Shown here: piece by piece, positions 39,801-51,020 of the stretch | Numbering within the stretch: the stretch's first letter is position 1 | Layout of the letters: each line of letters opens with the position of its first letter | DNA from: Octopus vulgaris | Taxonomy: Eukaryota | NCBI GenBank assembly: GCA_951406725.2 | Contig: OX597814.1 | Coordinates: forward strand, 96,906,001 to 96,970,000 | Reading direction: 5' to 3' | DNA: 64,000 nt | Made by a program: the position numbers and the translations under genes | The notes under the pieces: model-generated | The model's input: only the letters and a program-made list of their open reading frames with translations | Database searches by the model: none | Told to the model about the DNA's origin: nothing

Positions 39801-41744
39801 AGTGCAAGGAATATTAATGCAGTATATGGGGATTGGACAATAAGCATAAGCCAGTGTCAACAGTGGTTCCAGAAATTCTGATCCGGAAACTACAGCCTAG
39901 AAGATGAGCCTTGTCCTCGAAGATCTGTAGAGCTCAACGAGGGCATCCTACAAACCCTGGTGGAATGAAGCTTGGATTTGGTCATTCAACCATTCATCAA
40001 CACCTGCATGCCATCGGAAAAGTCAGCAAACTGGGTCAATGGGTTCCTCACAAACTAATTGCATGCAGAGAGTAAATGTGTGCTCTTCTTTGTTGTCATG
40101 TCTCATGAATGAAACTTTTTTGGACTGAATAGTGACTGATGATGAGAAATGAGTTCTCTATAAGAATGTCAAATGCCAAAGACAGTGATTAAGGAAAGGA
40201 GAAACACCAGCACCCTAGGCTAAAGAAGGTCTTCACCTATGTAAGGTGTTGTCTGTTTGATGGGAGATGAAAGGTTTAGTCCACTTTGAACATTTAAACC
40301 CAAACCAAATGATAACTTAGGAGATCTACTGTGAGCAATTTGAGCAGTTTAAGTCAGTGCTAGAAGAAAAACAACCATCTTTGGTTTCAAGATGAAAGGT
40401 ATTCTTCCACCAGGATAATGCTCAGCCACATACAGCGATGACATTCCAAAGGCTGGAGCAGTTTGAATGGGAAACAATGCCCTGCCCCCATATTCTCCAG
40501 ACATTGCCCCATTTGATTATCATTTATTCTGTAGTCTTCAAAATCATTTGGATGGAAAAATAGGAATTCTGTAAACAAAGTCAGAACAGTACTGGAGGAG
40601 TATTTTTCATCACAGACAAGTGAATTTTGGAAGAGGGGCCTTGCAAGTCTACTAGATAGATGGCAGAGCATTGTAGAAAATGGAGAATGTAATTTAGATG
40701 AAAAAAGAACTTTGTTTATCTTAATTTTGAAAAATAGAAAAGTATGAAAAAAACGCATTATTTTGGGGATTACCCAATAGTTACAATTTTTTTAATTAGC
40801 CATTCTTTATTTCATAGCTTTGAGATTTTGATGATGTTTCATTTCATTTGGGTTTGAGTCCATGCTCAGGCCAAGTCGAAGATGTGGTTGTTTATTTTTA
40901 GAATAACACTGTAGGGTAGGTGTAGGAGGCTGGATCTAACCAATTTGAACATAGAATTGGTAGAATAATTTGGCAGGTATGGCCAATTTAAATGCTAAAA
41001 ATTTAAGTAACTTCAAATATTTTGATTCCTTATAATAAGAGAAGTTTTGTAGTTTACTGAATAAACTACAAGGTTTCTCTTCTAATGTTGTATACTCCAG
41101 AGTAAAGAGAGTTAAATGCTCTGAAGAACAATGTCTCAGGTACGTCAGATTGTTTCAGCTATCCATGGTATGTCTGTACCATGAATAGCTGCAACAAGTG
41201 TATGAGTATTTGTATGATCACTTGGTCTTCCAGAAATAGCTATCTAATCTCCCTCAAACTGCACCCTACCATCTTAAAAAAGAATTGACACATTGGAGAA
41301 TATAGTACTGAATGCACAATAGCAAAAATAGAAAGAAATCGGTGGAATGCTTTTAATCATAGATCACTTCTGTCTGGACTAATTTGGGTGAAACAACAAT
41401 TGTCTCTAATCTATTTCATCAATAGTTTTCTATGTTTTTCTTTAAAAGTCATAATCAGTTTTTATCTTTTTTATTGATTGAATTATTCTTTTCTTTCTTT
41501 CTTAGATCGTCCAGGATTAAAAAATCCAAAAATGGTTGAAAAATTCCAAGAAACATTTGTTGATGCACTTTATGCTTATGAAATTGAAAAGCGTACTCAT
41601 GGGGGCTGTTCTTTCGCTATTTTGCTTTCTCGAATTACGGAACTACGTACTATAAGTTTAAAGCATTCTGAGGATCTATTAGAGCTTGAAATGGACAGAA
41701 TGTTTATTCCTGATTTAGTAAAAGAATTTTTTGGCATTATCTGA
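21872..41744 (+). CDS. EcR: NR1H-group nuclear receptor (ecdysone receptor/LXR/FXR-like), 7 coding exons, 463 aa
   Basis: Hand-spliced ORF of 1392 nt with GT-AG introns and matching phases (1,1,1,0,0,1). C4 [69 protein letters not shown] and LBD signature [44 protein letters not shown] closely resemble EcR/LXR. Exact orthology within NR1H needs a phylogeny. Confidence 0.9.
22891..23201. mobile_element. hAT-type MITE in intron 1
   Basis: Ends cagcgattctcaac ... gttaagaaccactg (CAG...CTG hAT-type TIR); flanks atgtagagat / atgtagat resemble a target duplication. Confidence 0.7.
24283..24380 (+). repeat. (TGAA)n and (GA)n microsatellite
   Basis: Directly visible. Confidence 0.95.
24800..25308 (-). 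mobile_element. R4/Dong-like LINE 3' fragment
   Basis: Minus strand [30 protein letters not shown] ... IPVIVGALG; bounded by ATT/ATC repeats. Confidence 0.8.
25340..25727 (-). mobile_element. R4/Dong-like LINE 3' fragment
   Basis: ORF 25384..25725 KIIDVAIPG...[11 protein letters not shown]...[14 protein letters not shown]. Confidence 0.85.
25740..26720 (-). mobile_element. R4/Dong-like LINE 3' fragment (longest copy)
   Basis: ORFs with [35 protein letters not shown] (CCHC knuckle), [19 protein letters not shown]. Confidence 0.9.
27257..27347 (+). repeat. (TTA)n microsatellite upstream of the exon 2 acceptor
   Basis: Directly visible; source of the poly-Leu in ORF 27223..27693. Confidence 0.95.
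27428..27685 (+). CDS. EcR: NR1H receptor exon 2: A/B region and first zinc finger with P-box CEGCKG
   Basis: ttctag| acceptor, g|gtatgt donor; ends [26 protein letters not shown]. Confidence 0.93.
27799..28214 (-). mobile_element. SINE family A, full length, intron 2
   Basis: Reverse complement of family A from tail (ctcttttacttgtttcagtc) to head (cttaccacacagccactcc). Confidence 0.88.
28246..28316 (+). pseudogene. Degenerate tRNA-Gly(GCC) pseudogene
   Basis: agttcagtggtagaatgctcacctgctacaagggcagccaaggttcaattcccagccaatgca aligns with canonical tRNA-Gly GGTTCAGTGGTAGAATTCTCGCCTGCCACGCGGGAGGCCCGGGTTCGATTCCCGGCCAATGCA; the 5' acceptor strand and anticodon are mutated. Confidence 0.8.
28333..28720 (+). 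mobile_element. SINE family A, older copy, intron 2
   Basis: gtggtaagaagtttgcttc head to acaagtaaatgataaaagataaaag tail. Confidence 0.8.
30543..30683 (+). CDS. EcR: NR1H receptor exon 3: second zinc finger
   Basis: catag| acceptor, t|gtaagt donor; [47 protein letters not shown] (absent from the ORF track). Confidence 0.95.
31715..32042 (+). mobile_element. Retroposon with RTE-type tail (copies at about 3380-3570, 3630-3800 minus, 7040-7260 minus, 53030-53450, 54540-54800, 54810-55100 minus, 55693-55849, 63510-63660 minus)
   Basis: Internal gccagt...ggcacgtaaaagcacc subrepeats, then gagtggttggcattaggaagggcatccagc...ccatgctagcatggaaagc...(gat)n. Confidence 0.82.
32107..32399 (+). CDS. EcR: NR1H receptor exon 4: hinge and LBD helix 1
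   Basis: ttccag| acceptor, gag|gtgaga donor; [20 protein letters not shown]...[25 protein letters not shown], similar to EcR LVxxQDGYEQP. Confidence 0.92.
36487..36651 (+). CDS. EcR: NR1H receptor exon 5: LBD helices 3-4
   Basis: ttgtag| acceptor, aag|gtgaga donor; 55 codons [55 protein letters not shown]. Confidence 0.94.
38558..38780 (+). CDS. EcR: NR1H receptor exon 6: LBD helices 5-8
   Basis: catag| acceptor, cag|gtgaga donor; [27 protein letters not shown]...[16 protein letters not shown]. Confidence 0.94.
39549..40777 (+). mobile_element. Near full-length decayed mariner (DD34D) transposon in intron 6
   Basis: TIRs ttgggtcatcccataaataatgc / gcattattttggggattacccaa with TA on both sides; transposase motifs [35 protein letters not shown] broken by stops and frameshifts. 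Confidence 0.92.
41506..41744 (+). CDS. EcR: NR1H receptor exon 7: LBD helices 9-12 and stop
   Basis: cttag| acceptor after a pyrimidine tract; [25 protein letters not shown]...[36 protein letters not shown]. Confidence 0.94.
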
Positions 41745-43404
41745 AAAACAAAAAGTACTAAACAAAATGTAATCAAGCTATTTCTCAGTTCACAAACAGG
41801 GAAGAATTTAATTTCCTGATAACTCAAGAGCACATGCTCTTCATTGGAAATAAACACTTAAATATTATGGTGGTTGGAAAATAGAAAAGGAAAGAAATGA
41901 AAAGACAGTATCCTTCGAACACTATATTACTAAGCATAACAGCTGAAAAACAACACAAATCTAACAATTTTTTTTTCCTTTTTCATTGATGTGTATACAA
42001 AAAGCATGTGAGTATGTACATGTGTGTAAGTAACTGAAGTTTGTCAATTGTATATAGATCATTTAACGGTTGTACAGTTCTTCATACTATCATAACTCAG
42101 TTGATGATCATCAAATGTTTTGCCAACAAAGTTTGGCAATTCATTAATCATTTAATGTACAGTCTCTTTTCTTTTTCTTTCTTTTTTTTTTTGGTGTTTG
42201 GGGGTGTGTAAAATAAATGAAAGGTTGAAATACTGTGTAATTAATCACTAAGAAATGAAATAATGTTGAAGGTCTCTGTGAAAGCATATGGGGGTAGGAT
42301 GAAATGTTTAAAAGAAGTAAGACATTAGGTATAGATGACTGTACATACTGTTCAATAGATTAACCAATATTGTAAGTAATCACTTTATCTTGGGTTTTTA
42401 TTGACTGGTAAAAATACATTTGCTCAAATATATGGTAAAAAAAAATCCTAATTTGATTACAGTAAACTACGTAATAATTTGATTACAGTAAAGCATGATT
42501 TCATTACAGGAAATAATATATCGAGATCTTTTCTGTTTTTCTTTTGAAATTTTTCTTTCACTCCTTTTCAAAGATAAAAACAAAAGTGCATGTGTTCCCC
42601 GTTTTTAAAGAAATAGCTTTATTAAAATGAAGGAGCAGACTACTTGAAATTATATATTGATTTTTTTCCCCCCCCCCTTCAAATTTTTATCTTCAATCTT
42701 TATCTCAGAAAAAAAAAAGAACTTTAAAAAAAAACAAAAAACATTCAAAGTGACTCTAAAGAAAGAAAATTTTCTGCTGAGGACATTTTTTTTTTCATTT
42801 ACAACTAATGGTATATATAAGTTTTATGAAAGTTTCTATATGAAATGATTAGGTTATCTGAACTATTTCATAAAAAAAATGTATCAGTAGACCATTCCAG
42901 AAATTGATATTTTTTTAATTAGAAAAATAATTAACATAAAAAAAAAATATTAACATTAAAAAGAAATCTGTAAATACTTTTACCCTTAATTAAGTGACTT
43001 CCATTCCATTGAATATCAAAAAAAAAAAGACAAAAAAATCCCTTAACTTATAATCTTATGTTTTATTCAAATGTTCAACCGGTGAACAAATTGTGAAAGC
43101 AGGATTTTTACGACATAAAATACTACACAAAGCTTAACATTTTAACTGTTAAATATTCTTTGCAAAAAATTTATTCCACTATTATCAATGGAATTGTTTG
43201 AAGTCCCAGTTTTTCATCCCTGATGTTATTCTTCAATCTTTTATTTGATCCTTATGGTCAATGTTTTAAATGTTACAATAAGAGCTCTGGTTGTATATTT
43301 CAAAAATATCTTGACATTATAAATCGATTGTAAAAGTGCAATATAGTTCAAAATCTATTTTGAATAGCTTTTTGATTTTTTTTTTCTTTCTCTATTTTTT
43401 AAAA

Positions 43405-43468
<64 letters not shown>

Positions 43469-44100
43469 ATCATTGTTATTTATTCATTTATTTATTATTT
43501 ATTTATTTATTTTTAATTATTATTATTGTTATTATTTTTTGCTATAAGCCTCTTTCTGTGATGAAATGTTTGATATCATATACTTCAGGTGATATCGTTT
43601 GAAACACATGTAGCAAGCAAGTTAAGTGTAGTAACTAAACAAAAAAGTGTATGTTGTTGGAAGCCATCATGTGAAATTGTAAGAATGATTCATGGAGAGA
43701 AACTGCTGACCACATTATATTAAAATTCAATGTTAGGTTATGAATTACCATACATAAAACAAATCAATGTTTGAAGCTTGAAAAATTATAGGACTAAATT
43801 AATAATGTTATCTAAAAATATATTAAAACATTCTTATCTATGTAGATAAGTTCGTAAACATTTTCAAACTATTTACACCGGTGTCTTGTTAGTCTTTCAT
43901 TTTTGACAGCTCAAGAAGTTTGGAAAATGCTTTTTTTCTGCTTTTCTTATGATAAATATATTTAAGGCTATGATTTAAGCCATTATTTTATTTCAAAATA
44001 TAATTCTCACTTGTTAATTTTTATATACACCCTGACATTGTACATTATTCATTGTCATAACACACAGTTCTTCAATGTTAAAATGGCACAGATGATATTA
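41745..44100 (+). other. Probable long 3'UTR / downstream region of the NR1H gene
   Basis: About 2.3 kb AT-rich stretch with no recognisable SINE copies, unlike the flanks; contains AATAAA hexamers; 3' end not determinable. Confidence 0.4.
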
Positions 44101-44146
44101 TATTTCTGCTAAAAGAGTCAAGGGCTTTTTACAGTTTTATACATAC

Positions 44147-44203
<57 letters not shown>

Positions 44204-44241
44204 AACACATATGCACACACACACATATATTTACATATATA

Positions 44242-44279
<38 letters not shown>

Positions 44280-44330
44280 CACACATGCACACATATATAT
44301 ACATACATACATATATTATATATATATATA

Positions 44331-44379
<49 letters not shown>

Positions 44380-45015
44380 TGGGAGATGTGTATCAATGTA
44401 TGTACATATATATATCACATATATATATATACACTTACACAAATATATTCACACACACACACACACATATATATATGTGAAGTCAGATAGATATTAATTA
44501 CACAAGAACAATGACACATGGGCTTTGAAATGTAAAAAAAATACACAATGGAAATATAGACATGATCATACATGCCAATATTGATAGGGATTGTACACAC
44601 CAACATTGAAACTAGTAACAAAGACTTTATATGTGTCTGCATGACAGTGCACACGTTCATGTGTGTGCTTGCATTCAGTAGATGAATACATTTATGTATG
44701 TGTTTTACATACAGACAAACATACATATACACATACATACACATACATATATTTTGTTAAATAGTTTTTTGTTGCTTCTCCTGAAAAATCATAATTATAT
44801 CAATTATTTTTTGAGCACTTTTAGTGAATAATACTTCATTATAACTAATTATAGTGCATCTTGTGCAATGTGTATGTGTCTCCTTTCTGGCTATCTGTAT
44901 TAAATATCTTGTACTAAAGGCTAAATAGCACTCTAAAATAGGTGCATTGTAATACATTTTAAAATGTGTATAGCCAGGTATTAAAAGGAAAAGACTTTAA
45001 GCACATTACTTTTTT

Positions 45016-45715
45016 AATAGAAACATATTGGCAAAATCAGAAATACGCTACTATCATCATCAAGTTCTGAGTGCAGACTGATGATCAAATTGCATATAGT
45101 TCAAAATATACTCAGTATGGAGGAGGAGACCAGAAAGTAACAGGATCAACAAAAAGTGTTTCTGATTTTTCATAATCAGTTTGCATTGTAGATGCCTTTT
45201 TACAGAATGAACTTCTGTTGTCACAAAATTGACTGCAAAACTAGTCAAAGTCAACTTACATAATGAGTACATTAAAATTAGTACTGAAGAACAAGAAACA
45301 TTTCATATGTAAAGTATTTAGAGAGAGCTCCATAAAAAAGACGAGTTCAAGACTATTAATCATATTTTTATGTCATTTACATTTGAGGGGGGTTTTTTTC
45401 TTTAACTCCTTTGTGCATGAAATATTTCTTTTTATTCTGAGAATTTTATTGCAGCATTAATTTCATCATACTCCTCATGTAGGTTGACCTTGTTTTACTG
45501 CCAATATTTGTGATTTGAGTTCTCTCTATAAAGATATTAGCAACAACACAAACAGATTGTGACTGAATAAGAAGCACTTGTGGTTCATCTTATTTTTCCA
45601 GCTTTCTTTCTTCACACTGTACATATTTTGAACAATATTCAATTTAAACATCAGCCCATGTTCATCAACCAGTGATGAAAGTAGTATATTTTTGGCCTCA
45701 ATATATTTCTATTAG
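45016..45715. repeat. About 700-nt diverged inverted duplication
   Basis: 45016-45340 aligns by eye to the reverse complement of 45370-45715. Confidence 0.75.
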
Positions 45716-47240
45716 AAATACACATACATCAAGCCAAGATACTTTGCTGTCTGTCTATATGTATTTTAATATGTAAAAGAAAGATTAGAGTTAAGTATAT
45801 TTTAGATATTAGATTTAATTAGCTTTTCTATCAAGATCTTTCTATATTCTTTACACAAAGTAAGTAATGGTTTTTGGGTTGTTTTAATCTTTTCTATTGA
45901 GTTCTTTCTAAATCCTTTATATTTGTTTGTTCCTGAGAAATTTATTTCAGCTTTCATTGTGTTGTGTATTCATAGTTCTGAGATTCATTGCCTCTGCTGG
46001 CAACAAAAGGATTCTCTCTCCCGGTGAATGGCATATGCGTGTGTAAAAAATGTATTGTTGCTTGTTAGCAAAACATGAGGACTGATTATGGAGGACTACA
46101 AGGCAATGAAGTAATTACGCTTTCATGGATATGTAAGGCTTATGCCATAAGAAACAGAACACAAATTATGCTGAGTAATAGATTGTGTACAGAAGGAATC
46201 AAAAGTATTGTGATGGTACAGAAATGTAGAGATATTTGAGTGAAGAAGTGCTAATACAGCAAAAGGATGCAGAAGAGGAAAACATGGGATGTGATGAAAA
46301 CTGATCTCAAGAGATTAAAGCTCAAGAAGCAGACAAGTAACAAGTGCCAATAATGATCACTGTGCAACAGTTGGCCTGTCAGTCCATGCAAGCATGAAAT
46401 GTAGATATACCATAACAATGATTAATGTCTATATGTGTATGTGTGCGTGTAACCCATGCTAGCATGGAAAACGGACGTTAAATGATGATGATGATATGTA
46501 TATATAATACATATATATATTTATGTATATAATACATATATATGTATACAATACATATATATATATAATATATATATTTATGTATACGTATACAATATAT
46601 ATATATATGTATAAAATATGTATATATATATATGTATATAATATATATATATATGTATATAATATATATATATATACATATATATACATATGTATATATA
46701 TATATATAATATATGTATGTAATATAATTTTTCTGAATCTTCAGATTTTAATATGCTAGACCACTGGTTTTAAATTGATATTAATCAAATTAATTTTTCA
46801 CCCTTCTTATGTATGTATATATATATATATATATGTGTATAATATATATATATATATAATATACATATATATGTATATAATATACATATATATATAGTAC
46901 ATATATATATAAATATATATACATATGTAATACGTATATAATACATATATATATATATATACATATATATATAGAGAGAGAGACAGACAGATAGATTGAT
47001 AGAAAGATCTATGTATGTATATGTGTGTCTATATATGTACCCATCTATATCTCTATACATCTGATGATGTGGACATGTTCTACACCAACAAAATTTTAAA
47101 TAACGTGAAGCTGAGCCAAACTGTTATTAAATTTAGATAGATAGAAATGGATATGTGTCTGCATATACATATATATATAGATAGATATAAATATACATAA
47201 TTGTGTATATATTCTCACACACACATGCATGTATATATAT

Positions 47241-47280
<40 letters not shown>

Positions 47281-48371
47281 GTACACGATTATGTATACAA
47301 TATATATAGAGAGATGTGTGTGTGCATGTATGTATCAATATTCATGTAAATATATATTATGGAGTTTGTTATGTCTGGGACTGTAAATTTTGTTTGACAG
47401 TTATTCAAACTGAAAATTATTTTCTTCCCGATGTTTCTGTAGAGAAGGTTGACAAGCGTCTTTATATAAAATGTTTCCAGCCTTATAGTTTAACTAGTTT
47501 ATTTCCACAGATCTAATTCCTTAGCAGTCCTGTTTCACACTTGATTGGTTGTTGAACTTTATTGCCTCTATGTCATTCTTTTTTTCTTTTTTCTTTCTTT
47601 ATCATTTCTTACTTCCTTCTGTCTTTCCTTCATTTATCTCTGAAGTTGATTATCTGACATTTGAACTTTTTTTATCAATTTCTACTATCCGTAAAATAAA
47701 ATCTCCTATTTCGAATATTAACTATTATAGCTCACCACCTGAGCAATGTGCCTCCTTTTTAAAGAAGCTTTTCATCCTTTCTTATATAAATATTGGAATG
47801 AAAATTTTCTTTGTTGGTTAAATAAGACCCAGACAAAGCAAATCTTGTGGTAAATTTTGCTCTACTTTCAGTATTGAGCTTTCAGTAAATGTTCTGTTTT
47901 CTTAAAGTTACTTTAACATAAACACAGAGTATCACATACATATGTATATGTATGTGTTAACCATGTGGTTCAGTCCCATTGTATAATATCTTTGTAAAGT
48001 GTGTTGCTCTGTAATCCTAAGTAGATAAATGTCTTAGAAGTGGATTTGGAAGATGGAAACTACAATGCCTACCATGTATAAATACATATATGTGTGTGTG
48101 TGTTTGTATGCATATATGCCTGTATAAATATTCATATTCTACACACTTCACATGTAAAAACCAGTGACGTATAAGCAGTGAAAATTGTTGTCATTTCCGA
48201 GTCAACAAATTTTCTGCTGGCTCTGTGCTTTTGAAGGCAAAGCGGTATGAAAATCCCTTACTTGAAAAGCAGGTAAGCATTAGCAACAAAGACAATATCT
48301 GTCTGCAAAACAATGCTTCAATTATATATACTCACCTAATATATGCTAGCATGAGAAAATGGATGTAAAAC

Positions 48372-48430
<59 letters not shown>

Positions 48431-48509
48431 AATATATATGAATATATTTTTTTTTATGGTATCCCAGCATGGCTGCAGTCTAATGTTTGAAACAAGTAAA
48501 AGATCATTT

Positions 48510-48583
<74 letters not shown>

Positions 48584-49107
48584 CACACATGTGTGTGTGT
48601 GTGTTTATACATATAAACACATACATTCATGCACAAATATAAAACACTAATTAACAACAACACCATTTCACATGCAATTTGATAAAAAATGAGAATTAAT
48701 TACAAAATATAAACCTGTGCAAACACAGGTACAACATACATAAAATAAATCATAAGATGTAACAAAACTTTAAGTAAATATAATTTTTTAATCTGCTATT
48801 GATGATTTTATCAACTAAAATAGAGTCCCCATGAGATAATGGAATCTACAGCATAGCCAACAGCAACACGGCACTTTTGCCAAAACTATAATTCAAAGGC
48901 AGGACTGTGGAAGTTAAAAATTTGACTGCACCAACAGATCAAAAGAAGCTGTTGTTCCATTTTAAACATAGGAAACTAATAAGGAAATATAAAACATGCG
49001 TAATAAAAAAACAATCATGCTCAAATATAGTTGTGTCTTTAATATACTTTGAAAAATGATATATTCTCAGTAAAAAGAATAAAAAATATTTTCTTAATAA
49101 AAAAGAA

Positions 49108-49364
49108 CTTAGTCTGATTTTCACATTTTATTATTTGCGATTTTATAATTTTAAAATATTGAAATAAACTAGTACTTTCTTGCATTATGGAATCGTCAGA
49201 TTTATGTGGTGACAGTCATGTTCCACACTTGACAACTATCAATTGTGGAACACAACTGTCACTACATAAACCTGACGATTGCATAGCACATGAAAGCACT
49301 AGTTTATTTCAATATTGTGGAATTGTAAAAATTGCAAATAATAAAATGTGAAAATCAAACTAAG
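49108..49364. repeat. 257-nt imperfect palindrome (fold-back/MITE-like)
   Basis: Arms of about 125 nt, cttagtctgattttcac...ttccacacttga / tcaattgtggaa...gtgaaaatcaaactaag, loop of about 6 nt. Confidence 0.9.
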
Positions 49365-49383
49365 CTGGAATTTCATTGAATAA

Positions 49384-49418
<35 letters not shown>

Positions 49419-50529
49419 ATACGTGTGTATGTATGTATATACATGTGTGTGTATATATGTATGTATACACATATGTGTGTGTCCATATTTGTATGTATAC
49501 GTGTGAAGTAAATTTCAGTATTGCTGGAAATAGATTAAATCTGTTAAATAGCACGGGCATGGAATATTTCCATTCAAAACTCTGAGTTTCTCAGTGATAT
49601 ATTCATTACTCCCTATTGTTCATCAGCTGTTGCAAGCATACTAATACAGTTTTTCTCCTGTATTAAACATACTTGCAACAGCTGACAACCAATTATGAGT
49701 ATTGAATAAATTGCTGTCAAGAAACTCAAAATTCTGAATGTAAGTGTTCCATGCCAGTGTTATTGAATATATGTATGTGTGTATATATATATAGACATAT
49801 ATACATATATAGCTTGTATGTAGATTATTGAAACATGAGTCATGAGAGAAACATACACTAAACATTCATGTGTTGAGCACTCCCATTCGTTTTACACAAC
49901 TAAATGTTCGAGTGTATGCTAGCTGAGTGGTTAAGCAGGTCACTTCCTGGCCTTGTGGTTTGGGTTCAGTTACACCCTGTGACACTTTCAGCCTATCTCT
50001 TCCACTGTAGCCCCGATCTAAACAAAGTCTTGTGAGTGGGATTAGTTGTGTGTGTGTGTGTGTTTTTGTATCCCCTTGTCATGAATTATTTGTAACATGC
50101 AGCATCACTGTCAAACAAGTAATGCTGGTTTCCTATCTTCCATGAAAGCATGTCCAGCCAAGGGAAAATATTTCCTCATTTAGAAACAGGTGAGTGTTGG
50201 GGAGTGGAAGTGCATCCAGCGGTAGAAAATCTGCCTCAACAAATTAAGCATGGATCGTTAAAATATAAAACAAAATTATATATATAAACATATATATTTG
50301 TGTGTGCGTATAAATATATAGACGTATGTGTATGTATATATATGAATATATACAAATAATCAGAAAATGGAGAAAACCTCAGATTAACAAACATCAACTG
50401 GACCACATTTATAGCTTATTTTTTAATACAAAGTATGACATAACAAATCTATGAATATATATATATATGTATGTGTTTATATGTATAAATATATGTGTAT
50501 ATATATTCATGTATTTATGGTTAGATTAT

Positions 50530-51020
50530 ATATTGGTCATGTGATGCATATGGACAAGGAAAACTGCATAAAGAAGTTCTAAGCTCTAAATGTGGAGGGA
50601 ACCTGTGGAAGGGGTAGATCCAGGAAGATGTGAGACAAAGTGGTGAGAAAGGATCTTTAGACACTTGGCCTCATTGAGAAAATGACAAGGGACCAGGAGT
50701 TGTGGCAATTTACTGTATTTGAGAAGATGTGTAAAGCTTAGTAAAATCATGGTCATCCATACATACATTCTTGTCCTTTACAGATTGCCAGTGCCATGTA
50801 AAATGCACTTGTACCTGTGCTGTGTAGAAGCACCCATGCTAATGGCACGTAAAATGCACTCAATACACTCTGCAAAGTGGTTGACCTTAGGAATGGCATC
50901 CAGCCATAGAAACCATGCCACAACAGACAATTGGAGTCTGGACAGCTTCCTGGCTGGTCAGCTCCTGTCTAACCATCCAATCCATGCCAGCATGGAAAAC
51001 AGACATTAAATGATGATGAT
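50530..51020 (+). mobile_element. RTE-like LINE 3' end with its 3'UTR and (ATG)n tail
   Basis: Decayed GHVMHMD...VEGTCGRGRSRKM*DKVVRKDL followed by the ccatgccagcatggaaaacagacattaaatgatgatg tail; similar relic at about 46000-46420. Confidence 0.65.
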
